Assembly: GCF_018350175.1 (NCBI RefSeq)
Contig: NC_058379.1
Coordinates: 81,096,001 to 81,160,000, forward strand
DNA: 64,000 nucleotides
Reading direction: 5' to 3'
DNA from: Felis catus
Taxonomy: Eukaryota
Each line of letters begins with the position of its first letter. The first letter of the stretch is position 1. Under the pieces are notes generated by a model. The model made no database searches. It saw only the letters and a program-made list of their open reading frames with translations, and was not told the origin of the DNA. A program made the position numbers and the translations under genes. Below, piece after piece: positions 1 to 11,190 of this stretch.

Positions 1-2168
1 CGGACTAGATCCATTCCAAGATCTGGCTGCACTTTCAAGGTTTAGGATTTTAGGACATAACGCAAACAGCAGGCGACTTCGCAATGCGTTCTTACAAGTT
101 TTTGTTTGTTGCGTCTGTACTTGTGACTTACGTTTCCATCTCACTTTTCTCTGGTTGAAATAAAAGTGCCTTTGAAACATTTAAGTGACTAAAACATGTA
201 GCGTTTCCTACGTTGGAGCTGTAATGGAAATTCTCTCTTTTTGTTAGAATTGTCAGAGGGTTTTCATGAAAAGGACAGAAGTTCTCTCTGTGACCAAGTG
301 AAAAGTAAAACAAATAAAAAAAAACCTGCAGTGATTTTTCGCACTCTGAACACAGGTCATTAGGCATGTACAATTATGATGGAGGACTTGCTAACCTCTA
401 CCCTTGGACCCATAATTTGTATAGCATTAGCTGCACAAAATGGCCCGTGTAGGACCGGATGCATTTTCCTGGGCTTGTATTGCTACGTTGCTGGGATTTG
501 TTTGCATGCTTTGTCTTGCAGCACCTTGAGGTGGCGATGGGCTGTGGCCAAAGTCATCCCTTGGAACCACCTCAGACCAGACCGGCTTTAAGTGTTTTTA
601 GGTCTGCTGGTATTAATCACCAAGCAGGTGGTGAGGTCTGCCATGCGATATCTGGTGGGTTACTTGGTTGGTGATTGCTTGCCTCTACACAGATTTCCGT
701 GTGCACCCATTTTCTGCTTCCTTCGTCAGGTATCCAACAATATTGTTATCTCTAGGACCTCAGATACTAAGGCCGTATGACCTTCCCTGACTCGTGGGAG
801 AATTATCTGAGAAAGGAGCCAGTCAGCACACAGATAAGAAGGCACACCTGTTTGGACGCCTACACTGAGGACTTTCATGCAAAGGAACAGACTCTTGAAA
901 GGGAGGGTCTGCCCCTGTCGGGAAAGCATCAGCCGATAGACGTGTACTGATTTACATTTTCCATCAGGGACTGGAAATCCAAGCCTTGAATTGCAACACA
1001 GCGTTAACTGGATTGTGTAATCAGCTGTCCTAAAAACCACCATTATCTTGTATCGCATGGAACCATTTAGACTAAATTTACCCTCAGATGCTTTAAAGGA
1101 TGAATGAAGAGTGCTTCGCTTGAACAATGTGGTAAAATGAACATTTCCTTACCCTTTGATCCGCTTCTAGGTGTTTGCAGTCAAAATTCCCTGAGCGGAT
1201 TACTCCGAGGCCTTGAATACACAGAGGAAATCAAACTTTAAAAGTAAAGTTTGTATCAATTATGCAAAATTATTCTAATTTCTCTTCTTGAAGGGTAGGA
1301 AGTACATGCTGGGAAGGACTACTGATGTTTGTTCAAGCAGAGTTGGTATGTTTTCATCTTATTATTGATGTGATCAGGCCTCAAGTTGTAAAAGCTTCGA
1401 GAAGTTTGCAGTGGCTTGGGTTTTAGGCCTCTCTCTTTGGTGAAGAAATAGCTCATTTAGGCATCTTTATTTGATGGAGAAATGACTCATGTTGAATTTT
1501 AGTTGTTGATGAACTCAGCCCCATCCGTGTTAAATTTGCTGTTGGAGAAAGCCAGACTTCAAGTCCTGAAAGTCTGTTACAGGGATCCCCCAAACCTTTT
1601 GTGAAGTTTCTTTTAATTTCTTCGTGGTGGACGTACTGGTCAAAACACCCTGTGTGCTTCCATTTCTGTCTCATGGCCTTCCGTACCCTTGATGTTGGGC
1701 GGCTTTGCCTGGGAGTGCACAGTCATCCCGAGCAGATCCCGCCCCAGAGAGAGGAGAAGGTCTCGGGCCCCAAAGAAATGTAAGATTTAAGGTTACCTTG
1801 TGGTAGGTTTTCAGAACAACGACCTAAGTTCACTTAGCTGTTCTTATTGGGGGCATAAAACAAAGGAGGAAGAAGTCATTGGAGATGAACAGCGAGCATG
1901 AACGGGTCAACAAAACATTCTTTTTGGTAATGCATTTGCTTTTATAGACTCTGAGATACATTATAACCTTCTCGAATCCATCTTGCACACAAGCCACACG
2001 TCCCATAAAAGGTGGATTCCTGTCCTGGGCTCAGGCAGGGGCTGAAGAGTCTATGCAGCCCAGTTCTGTTCAAGAAAGTGTTATGCCCTGACTCCTTCAG
2101 TTAGGTGCCTTCAGGCTTGGTCAGTAATGCCTGGATTGAACAGAAAGGTCGACCTTTTCTTAGAATAA

Positions 2169-2760
2169 CAGTTCTCAAACTTTTCAATTCCAAGATGTCT
2201 TTGAACTCTTAAAAATTACCAAGGATCCCAAAGAGTCGTTTTTCTTTTCTTTTCCTTTCTTTATTTTTCTTTTTTTTTTTTTGATGTCAATTATATCTAT
2301 TGGTATTGACCAAATCAGAAATTAAAACTGGAGAAATTTTAAAATATTTACTCATTTATTGAAGATACCAATCACGTGACCCTTACATATTAACACGAAT
2401 AACCTATTTCTATGAAAAACCACTGTTTTCTAAAGGAAAAGAGGTGCAGAAAGAAAAGTAACACTGTCTCTTCATTTCCTCGAATCTCTTTAATATTTGG
2501 TTTAATAGAAGACACATAATGCAGGCTCTGGAAACTCTGCTGCATATTTGTGACAGATTGACAATGGAAAGACAAACAATGTCTAAAAACTTTTATGACG
2601 TTAAAAAAATCTCCGTGCCCCTCGAGGGGCTCGACCTAGACTCTGAGATCAAGAGTTGCATTCCCCACCGACGGAGCCAGCCAGGTGCCCCTGAAAGTGG
2701 TTTTGACCTCACGGACCCACCGAAAGGGTCTCAGGGACTTAGAGAATCTACATGAGAATA
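2169..2760 (-). mobile_element. hAT-Charlie DNA transposon relic (Charlie1-like)
   Basis: CAGTTCTCAAACTT terminus; distal GTTTTGACCTCACGGACCCACCGAAAGGGTCTCAGGG resembles the reverse complement of the Charlie1 end (recalled consensus). Confidence 0.55.
2626..2691 (-). mobile_element. Old CanSINE 5' fragment inserted in the Charlie relic
   Basis: Reverse complement reads GGGGCACCTGGCTGGCTCCGTCGG...GATCTCAGAGTCTAGGTCGAGCCC (tRNA-derived head). Confidence 0.5.
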
Positions 2761-3094
2761 AGAGTCCTCAGACAGGACTAGGTGCCCACTTGCTGTTGTC
2801 TCCAATTCCCTGGGCCCCGTATTTTTAGCTGAACCCACCTTCTCTCTCTTTTCATTAACTCCTATATGATTTGTCACACCGCTCGCACGGCACGGGCAGC
2901 CGCACATTCCCCTTACTTGTCTACGTATCTGCCCCCAGAGATGGCAGGCTCAGAAGAGGAGGGACTCAGTTGATCCTTCTAATACTTTGTGTAGTGTCTT
3001 CCACACTGTAGGTGTGTACTAACAACAAAAACATTAACAGCTGTATTTATTAACTATTGCTGTGTTCTAGGTGGCCTACTAAGGCATGACTGAC

Positions 3095-3490
3095 TGTATG
3101 AGTCTCCTTGAGCTGTTATGACAAAGTACCACCAATTGCGTGGCTTAAACCAATAGAAATTTATTCTCCCACCGTCTGGAGGGGCCTGAAATCAAGGTAC
3201 CTGCAGGGTCCTACTCTCTCTGCAAGCCGTAAGGGAGAGTCTGTTCCATGTTTTTCTCTTAGGCTCTGGTGTTGCCAGTGATCTTTGGTGTTCCTTGGCT
3301 TGTAGAAGCGCCAGTTCACTCTCTACCTCTGTTGTCGTGTGGCCTTCCCTATGGGTGCGTTCATACCATCTTCCCTTTGTGCACGTCTGTCTCAGTGTCT
3401 TTTCTCCTGTTTTTACAAGGACCTTGGTCATATTGGATTAGGGCCACCCTCACGACCTCAACATATCCTTTAGGGAGACGCTATTCAACC
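3095..3490 (-). mobile_element. MaLR LTR (MLT1C/D-like)
   Basis: AAAGTACCAC...GGCTTAAAC..AGAAATTTATTCTC...GGTCATATTGGATTAGGGCC motifs of reverse-complement MLT1. Confidence 0.65.
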
Positions 3491-3537
3491 CGTAACACTT
3501 ACTAAATATTAAATTGAACCATACAAAACTGCTCTGA

Positions 3538-3730
3538 TTTTTTGATTTATTTTTGAGAGAGGGAGAGAGAGAGCCAGTGGATGAGGGGAGGAGAGAGAGG
3601 GGGACAGAGGATCTAAAGTAGGTTCGGTGCTGGCCGCAGAGATCCCAACGCGGGGCTCGAACTCACAAACTGTGAGATCGTGACCTGAGCCAGAGTTGGA
3701 GGCTCAACCGACTGAACCACACAGGCGCCC
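3538..3730 (-). mobile_element. CanSINE (felid SINEC)
   Basis: poly-T/(GA)n tail then ...GGGGCTCGAACTC...GTGACCTGAGCC...CAGGCGCCC. Confidence 0.9.
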
Positions 3731-4090
3731 TTAAGACCAACTGATTTTGATCAGTGGCATCAGCTGTTCCGTCCACCTGCTGAGGAAGAGGTGTGCAGGC
3801 TCCTGAGGATGGCCTTTGTGGCCGAGTAGGCCTGAATCTGGAGATTCTGGGCAGAGCTGGACACGCAGAGGATCCCATATGCTGGACTGTTCAGACCTTA
3901 GGACATTTTGCCAGAAGTTTCTTCACCATTGGCTTTTCAGATTGCATTTACTGAAAGTTCCTTCGTCTCTTCTACCCAAGACCGTTACTTTGTTTGAATA
4001 GAATCCCGTTGCATTGGCAGAATGCCGTTGAGAACACCTCAGAGACGCTTTAGAAATAACCTCATCCTTGTCCTTTGCTGCAGGCCCACA

Positions 4091-4258
4091 ATGGACGCTC
4101 TACAACTGGCAAATTCGGCTTTTGCAGTTGACCTGTTCAAACAACTGTGTGAAAAGGAGCCAGCGGGCAATGTCCTCTTCTCTCCGATCTGTCTCTCCAC
4201 CTCTCTGTCACTTGCTCAAGTAGGCACCAAAGGTGACACAGCAAATGAGATTGGACAG
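4091..4258 (+). CDS. SERPINB5: Maspin coding exon (exon 2; ATG at 4091, 5' UTR part 4084-4090), aa 1-56
   Basis: Acceptor ...tttgctgcag|GCCCACA ATG; encodes MDALQLANSAFAVDLFKQLCEKEPAGNVLFSPICLSTSLSLAQVGTKGDTANEIGQ; donor CAG|gtaagc. Confidence 0.97.
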
Positions 4259-5039
4259 GTAAGCTCCATACCTTGTTTCTGCTTTCGGTGGGAACAGACT
4301 TACCAGAACACAGAGGCGGTGCCTCGGGAAAATGAATGGGGGCTCTTGGAGAAAATTCCTCAGGATTGAGAAGTATGCCATTTCTCGCATCGTCTTAATC
4401 TATCTTTAAGTGTGTCATTAATCTCTCCTGCGACCCACATTTACAAGTACCATGTTGTGATGGACAACCTGGGGACCTGCTTGCTAGGCAATCACAATAT
4501 TTACACTAACGAGTAGCCTTTGGGGAGTCTCTCTGATACTTTGTGAAAATCAGTCAAGATGGTGTTTGTTAAATGTGCCACTGCAGATACCCCGTCCAGT
4601 GCGTGTTTATTTATGGCATCATGCTTTACTTTAAGATGCAGGCTCAACTTCATTCTACTCTGTGATGTATTCTACCCTATAATGTGTCCATATTAGATAA
4701 ATCGATCTGTGCTTATGTTGGTATAGAAATAACTTAAAAATTTTTCTGCCTTTGAGTAACAGGGATAAAGAAGCAGATGCGTTGTGCTTACTTATGTTCC
4801 AGAATACTCCCTGGGGCTTGAGTATCCTATTTAAGAAGAATGCAATGAACTGATGTCGACCCTCCCCCACATATGCATATAGTTATATGTATATGTGTGT
4901 GTATTTTACTTTTTTTTTTGTTGTTTGAGTTTCTTTTTGGCTATGGCTGACCATCTAGCTTTGTAAAATTCTTAGACCTCCAAATGGAGTGACCTTCTCT
5001 ATCTTGCTATGTTTCATATTTGCTCACTTACCTTTATTT

Positions 5040-5330
5040 TAGGTTATCGTTCTTTTCAACTGTGATATAACTGACATACAACATATTCGTTCTAGATGGA
5101 CCATATAATGATTTGATATCTGCACATATTGGAAATGATCGCCACGATAAGTCTAGTTGACATCTCTCACTCTACATTGTTACAAATTCTTTTTTTTTCT
5201 TGTAGGAGAACTTTTGAGATCTACTCCCTCAACAACTTTCAAGTATATAATACAGTGTTATTAACTACAGTCCTCATGCTGTACATTACATTCCCATGGA
5301 TTATTTATTTTATGCCTGGAAGTTTTGTCC
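5040..5330 (-). mobile_element. L1 3' end fragment
   Basis: GATATAACTGACATACAAC...AACAACTTTCAAGTATATAATACAGTGTTATTAACTACAGTC motifs of L1MA/L1_Carn 3' UTR reverse complement. Confidence 0.7.
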
Positions 5331-6010
5331 CCTTTTGGATCGTAGGTGGATGTGCTCCTAATTCCATTCCGTTATCTTCTTAGGTTGATGGTTTTATGTT
5401 CAGTAGAATCTTCTTTTCCATCAACGCACAAACATTTCAAAAATAGGGACCTCTTCTTATATCCATAAATCCTTACTAAGTAAGACCCACAAAGTATTAT
5501 TTTGGTCAGGATGAACAATTTACACTTGAAATTGAGTGAGGCTTGGAAAAGAAACTTCAGTTGTGGAGAAAAGCTGTCTCTCTCTTCTCCGTCCTTGGTT
5601 CCTCACCCCCCACCCCTCCATTCCTACCCCCTTTTACCTTCCTCGTCTCCCACTAGAGAAGGGATGGTAAAGAGACCTTCCTGGTGGTGGGTCTGTTCTC
5701 AGTAATAATAATAAAGCTCTTTTCAGTACCTACAATGGTTCCCCCAGTAATGGTGACCTGGGTTCTTTAATTTTTTGGTCTTTTTACCTGTCATTAGGCA
5801 GGAGAGCTACGTACTGCCTTGGATCAGACATCTAACCCTGCAGTACTGAGGCTTTGTGAGTCACAGGCACAATGTGCCCATTTAGTGACATTACCTAGGG
5901 TGTGGTGTCAGGGCAGTTATTATGACTTAAGAGTCAGGAGAGAATCACCTTATGCAGACATCGTTTTGGGGCACCATGAAACACAAGAGCTACTGGGCTA
6001 TCGGTTGGAA

Positions 6011-6512
6011 TGAAAGAAAAGTTAGGAACAAAATAGAAGGGGACTTCTTCCAGAAGATAGCATCGTGGTTTTAAGTAGCTTAGAATATAACTGTAAGAAT
6101 AACTACTAACTGACTAGGGAAACAAAGGCAAGAGACACGTAGCTTAAATTAAATTTCCTTACAGCTTGCAGCCCACTGACACCTGAAACCTCCAGAGTGT
6201 GACCTTCCTCAGGGACTCGTGGCTGCCTCAATGTTATTATGTCATTAAAAACTAAAAGTAACTTTATCTTAATGGCACCTAAGCCCCACAAGGTCCTGAA
6301 AGCCTTGCTTCAAAATCCTTAGACTTACTTTATCTCTATTCTCCTTCCCACCACAAACTTAAAAGTATACAATCAGTCCTTCACAACCCCAGTGCAGCTC
6401 TTTCCGCCCACAGGTCCTGTCCCTGTGCTATATTAAAATTACCTTTTTGCACCAAAAATGTCTCAAGAATTCTTAGCCGTTTGCTCATGAACCCCAGTTC
6501 CTAATTTCATCA
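6011..6512 (+). mobile_element. Carnivore ERV1-type solo LTR (CarLTR-like), sense in intron 2
   Basis: TGAAAG...TTCATCA termini, TATA-like AAAAGTATACAATC (~6361), ATTAAA at 6432 followed by T-rich tract; no clear TSD. Confidence 0.6.
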
Positions 6513-6544
6513 TTAAGGTTTCTTTTCTTTTCTTTTAAAATTAT

Positions 6545-6546
6545 AT

Positions 6547-6581
<35 letters not shown>

Positions 6582-6803
6582 TTAAAAAAAATTTTTTTAA
6601 TGTTTATTCATTTTTGAGAGACAGAGAGAGACAGTGCATGAGCGGGGAAGGGGCAGAGAGAGAGGGAGACGCAGAATCCCAAGCAGGCTCCAGGCTCTGA
6701 GCTGCCAGCACAGAGCCCGACGCGGGGCTCGAACTCATGAACTGTGAGATCATGGCCTGAGCCGAAGTCCGGCACTCAACCGATTGAGCCGCCCAGGCAC
6801 CCC
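6545..6803 (-). mobile_element. CanSINE with (TTTA)n tail, nested in the tail of the next SINE
   Basis: Full SINE body; flanked by CTTTTAAA(A)TTAT copies at 6532 and 6803. Confidence 0.9.
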
Positions 6804-7011
6804 TTTTAAATTATTTTTAAATGTTTATTTATTTTGAGAGACAGAGTACAAGTGGGGAGGGAGAGAGAGACAGGGAGACAGTGAATCCACAGTAGGCTCC
6901 AGGTTCCGAGCTGTTACCACAGAGCCGGAGGTGGGGCTCGAACTCATGAACCATGGATCGTGACCTGAGCCGAAGTCAGAAGGTTAACCGACTGAGCCAC
7001 CCAGGCGCCCC
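6804..7011 (-). mobile_element. CanSINE (host of the nested copy)
   Basis: Full body; 16-bp TSD TCATC(A/G)TTAAGGTTTC at 6507-6522 and 7012-7027. Confidence 0.9.
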
Positions 7012-7399
7012 TCATCGTTAAGGTTTCGATATGATGTTTTAGATGGTTTCCATATAATGTCTGCAATGATCATAGCAACGCCGAAAAGTAGGTATTCTCA
7101 GTCCATTTTACAGAGGGGAAAGGGAAGCTCTGAAGGGCTGGGCAAGATTACGTTTCTGGCAGGTACAGGCTGGGATTCCAAGGCAAGGGTGTCTGACTGT
7201 AGCCCACCCAGGGCAGCCACCACTTCTGCTGACTCTACCACCAGTGATGCAGCAGTTCACAGTTAGAGCGACTTGTTGGAGCAACTGATGGGGTCACATA
7301 GACCTTGCTAGAGACCCTCTATCCCCGAATCTGACATCTGCCTAGTGATAGTCTCTCTTGGTGTTAATCTCTCTTTGCTTGCGTCTAAACTAGATAGAA

Positions 7400-7650
7400 G
7401 GGGGCGCGTGGGTGTCTCGGTTGCTTGAGTGTCTGACTCTTGATTTCGGCTCAGGTCACCATCTTGCCGTTTGCAGTTTCGAACCCCATGTAGGACTCTG
7501 CACTGACAGCGCTGAATCCCTGCTTGGGATCCTCTCTCCCCCTCTCTCTCTGCCCCTCCCCAACTTGTGCGCACACGCGCGTGCGCTTTCTCTCTCTCTC
7601 TCTCTTTCAAAAATAAATAAATAAATAAATAAATACATAAATACGTAAAT
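7400..7650 (+). mobile_element. CanSINE, sense orientation in intron 2
   Basis: GGGGGCGCGTGGGTGTCTCGGTTG head, (CT)n, (AAAT)n tail. Confidence 0.9.
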
Positions 7651-7805
7651 ATCAAAAAAGTAATAAATAAATTGGATAGAAATTATACCCCAGCTTCACT
7701 CTTTCCCATGTTTAGAAAGGTCTTGGTCTGAGCCTCAGAGGCATCATTTTGAACAAAGGGCAAAATCCCCCCGATAGTTGAGTAAAGAGAAGAGTATCAT
7801 TATGG

Positions 7806-8018
7806 CAGTATTTCTCAGCTGGGGACGGTTCCTCTCCCTCTCATCCCAGGGACATCTGGCAAGGCCCGCAGACATTTTTGGTGTCACAAATGGAGGAAGG
7901 AGTGCTACTGGCAGTTAGTCTGCTGCTAAGCATCCTACAGTACCCAGGACTGCACCCCCACACACCCCAAGAATTATCCAGCCCCAGATGTCAATGACAC
8001 TCAGGTTGAGAAGCCTTG
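7806..8018 (+). mobile_element. MER20-like hAT MITE
   Basis: CAGTATTTCTCAGCTGGGG...GGGACATCTGGCAA...AAGAATTATCCAGCCCCAGATGTCAAT...GGTTGAGAAGCCTTG. Confidence 0.7.
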
Positions 8019-8139
8019 CTTTATGAGGACAGTTGAGCAGGAAGATACTGCTCCCCCGAGGCGGCTGACCATGGTCTTGTATCCATTGCAGTGGGAAGAG
8101 ACAAAGCTTGGTGGATGATGGATTGTTTTCTCTTCACAG

Positions 8140-8277
8140 GTCCTTCATTTTGGAAACATCAAAGATGTACCCTTTGGATTTCAAACAGTGACATCGGATG
8201 TAAACAAACTTAGTTCCTTTTACTCCCTGAAACTGATCAAACGACTCTACGTAGACAAATCTCTGAATCCTTCTACA
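8140..8277 (+). CDS. SERPINB5: Maspin exon 3, aa 57-102
   Basis: Acceptor ttttctcttcacag|; 138 nt, VLHFGNIKDVPFGFQTVTSDVNKLSSFYSLKLIKRLYVDKSLNPST; donor ACA|gtaagt. Confidence 0.97.
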
Positions 8278-8417
8278 GTAAGTGGGTTAAAGCAATTCGC
8301 ACGCTTCGACTCTTTACCAGGAGTGGCATTTTCACGTGGTTACACCCACCACTTTGTTTTCAGCAAAATCCACTTCTAAGATGCTCATTTATGACTTGAA
8401 GCTTATTAAAATAAATC

Positions 8418-8740
8418 AGTCCTGGTGGGGAGTGTGGGGTCTCTTGATCAGATGGGGGCGCCAAGTGTGGTGTGGTCCAATCTGATGGAGGCTGGCAGGA
8501 GGGTAGGGGGGCTCGGGGGGTGGGGACGGCCCTGAGGCAGAACAAAGAAGATAGAAGTTTATTGATACACTGCCAGGAGGGGCAGACAGGACAGCCAGGG
8601 AGAGACTGTCTGCCCTGAGAAAGTAGTGGGGGGCTTAGTTAAGGGGGGAGGTGAGGGGGTAAGGGAATGTATGGAATTCTCCTTTTTTAAGATCTGTGAC
8701 CATTGGGTCAGCTAGGGTTCTCCTTAAACAGCAGGGCAAA
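8418..8740 (-). mobile_element. ERV 5' LTR fragment with adjoining primer-binding-site-like sequence
   Basis: On - strand: AATAAA (8563-8558), LTR-like end ...CACCACA, 2 nt, then TGGCGCCCCCATCTGAT. Confidence 0.45.
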
Positions 8741-9270
8741 TGACCTGGATGAACATTTTGAGTTCTCTAAAGTTCTCCGCCTCATCTGTTTCTGCATACA
8801 ATATTCTCTTGATGTTTCCCAAATCAATGAGAAAAATAACAACTGTATGAATTAATAGTTCTCATCCGTCACAAATTGGTTTTGTTTGCTTTACTCGGCT
8901 GGTCGCGTGAGTATCTGTACCAGGTAGCTCTAGGTATTTAATTTTAGCTGTTTCTTGAAGGAATCATATAAAGTATACTGTAGTATCCTTAAATTTGATC
9001 CCAGAGTATATCAATATTTTTCAAGTCTGTATTTGAAACACGTAGCCAGCATTCTAGACTACCACATAGACGTTCTTTCTCTACTTTAACAATAAAGAAT
9101 TGATTCAGTTTGTGGTTGCCTGTTCAAAACTGCAAGCTCTCCAAATCTAAAAGGTAGACTGTCGGTTAAATAGCTTACCATAGTTTTACTAACTGCTACT
9201 GTAGCTGTCTTTCTGGTTGAGATCTTTTGAGGACATCCATCACTAGATTATTGTTGTGACTTTATTCTTA

Positions 9271-9499
9271 AAAAATTTTTTTTTAATGTTTATTCATTTT
9301 TTTGAGAGGGAGAGAGAGAGAGACAGAGCACGAGTCAGGGAGGGGCAGAGAGAGAGGGAGACACAGAATCTGAAGCAGGCTCCAGGCTCTGAGCTGAGCT
9401 GTCAGCCCAGAGCCTGACTTGGGGCTCAAACTCATGAACCATGAGATCACGAGCTGAGCTGAAGTCGATGCTTGACCCACTGAGCCACCCAGGTGCCCC
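9271..9499 (-). mobile_element. CanSINE
   Basis: Full body; 19-bp TSD TGTTGT(G/A)ACTTTATTCTTA. Confidence 0.92.
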
Positions 9500-10199
9500 A
9501 TGTTGTAACTTTATTCTTATTGCTTGAAGACATATATACACAGCCTTCTTTTCTGCTAACAATCACCCAGAGAATTAAAAAAAAAAAAATACTGAGATGT
9601 GAGCTGGGGTCCGAGCATGGAAAGTTTTTTGGAAGCTCCCCACGTGGTCCTTACGAAGATGCTGAATACATTTTGGGCCAGCAGTGAGGACAGTGGAGGT
9701 GTCTTTATCTTGGTGAGGCTCTGATGTTTTGGGGTGGCCCCAGTTCTCTCAGTCAAGGGCAACACGCAGTCCCAAGGTTGGGTTGTAGTTCACAGATGCA
9801 AAGTGGCTCAGGCTGTCGCTGCTCTGAAGAAATTCAAGGGCCCCCTGTGCTTAGGATGTTTAATCAGCTATGTGTCATTTGGTGGAACTTCTGTTCAACA
9901 TTTTGAATTATTTCAACAAAACTTGAGTTTGGAGTTGAAAGAGATTTTTTTCAAAGCCGGTTTAAAGAAATTTTTGAAGTTTAAAGAAATTTTTTCCATC
10001 CCTCTGTTGGGTGTACATCACTTGCAAATGCACCAAGAATAGAACAAAGGAGCGCGTGGCCTGAGGGGGGCTGCCTGCCTCAGAACTACCCGGATGTTTG
10101 TGAAAAGTGCTAATTCCTGGCCTCAGATCACTCAATGGGGATGGGTCTTGGGGGTTGGCATTTTTAACAATAGAACCCCTGCCGCGTTCACTACGGAGC

Positions 10200-10300
10200 C
10201 GTGTTTCAAACTTAAATGTGAGAAGAGTCCCCCGGGAATCTTGTTAAAATGCACATTCTGGTTCAGTAGGTCTGGGGTGGGGCCTAAGAGCCTGCATTTC

Positions 10301-10331
<31 letters not shown>

Positions 10332-10600
10332 GTTTATTTATTTTTGAGAGAGAGACAGAGCGGGGGAGAGGGGCAGAGAGAGAGGGAGACACAGAATCTG
10401 AAGCAGCCTCCAGGCTCTGATCTGTCAGCACGGAGTCCCATGCGGGGTTCAAACCCTGGAACCTTGAGATCATGACCTGAACCAAAGTCAAATGTTTAAT
10501 CGACTGAGCCACGCAGGCGCCCCAAGAATTTGCATTTCTATTAAGATCCCAGGTGATGCTGTGGCTCTTGGTCCTAGAGCTCCACTTTCAGTAGCAAGAA
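10200..10600 (+). mobile_element. MER5A-like hAT MITE interrupted by a SINE
   Basis: CTTGTTAAAATGCACATTCTGGTTCAGTAGGTCTGGGGTGGGGCC [SINE] AAGAATTTGCATTTCT..CCCAGGTGATGCT. Confidence 0.65.
10301..10523 (-). mobile_element. CanSINE inside MER5A
   Basis: ~30-nt poly-T tail, full body; degenerate TSD AAGA(GCC/ATT)TGCATTTC. Confidence 0.92.
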
Positions 10601-10684
10601 ATCTTTAGAGTTGGTATGAATGTCAGTGAGTAAGAGTTTTCTGCTCACAGAGTTCTCTTTTCTGTACATTTCTTCTGTTCTAAG

Positions 10685-10740
10685 ATATCTATCTATATCT
10701 ATATCTATATCTATATCTATATCTATATCTATATCTATAT
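10685..10740. repeat. (ATATCT)n hexanucleotide microsatellite
   Basis: About 9 tandem TATATC units. Confidence 0.95.
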
Positions 10741-11072
10741 GATATACCCTTTAATGTTTCTAAGTTGGAATTCATATTATAACTCTTGTGTAGCGTAATG
10801 TTTCTTTCTTTCCTCCAAAGCTGCTACTACACCGAGAGAGGCATTTAATAATAGCTATTGTCTTAGAATTGAAGAACTGAAACACTTTATACGAAGGGCA
10901 TTTCATTGATTTCCACACGAAGCCTCCATTTATAGTATTTACAGATGCTGAGAGGGTATTCACCCACCTGGACATTTTACAAACCCCAATTTAGTTGGAA
11001 TCGTGGAAGGGCACGATGGTTTGACTGCAGAGTTCAGGTATTTTGTGATTTTATGAGCTGGACGTTTTTCAG

Positions 11073-11190
11073 GAGTTCATCAGCTCTACAAAGAGACCCT
11101 ACGCGAAGGAAATGGAAACCGTTGACTTCAAAGAGAAATTGGAAGAGACGAAAAGTCAGATCAACCAGTCCATCAAGGACCTCACCGACG
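11073..11190 (+). CDS. SERPINB5: Maspin exon 4, aa 103-142 (phase 1 end), followed by a GC donor
   Basis: Acceptor gtttttcag|; 118 nt, EFISSTKRPYAKEMETVDFKEKLEETKSQINQSIKDLTD-G; frame with exon 5 is kept only with donor GACG|gcaagtat. Confidence 0.94.

Noticed and set aside
1-1800. Several 60-133 aa ORFs at the window start, considered as a retrocopy
   Set aside because: No recognisable protein in any frame I translated, no poly(A)/TSD; consistent with unique intron 1 sequence.
4022-4369. 115-aa ORF with a 23-aa N-terminal extension of maspin and read-through into intron 2
   Set aside because: The start at 4022 lies upstream of the exon 2 acceptor (4083) and the C-terminus is intronic; this is an unspliced-frame artefact.
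7400-7480. tRNA-like A-box/B-box heads (here and in all SINEs)
   Set aside because: tRNA-derived SINE heads lacking a full cloverleaf; no true tRNA genes found.
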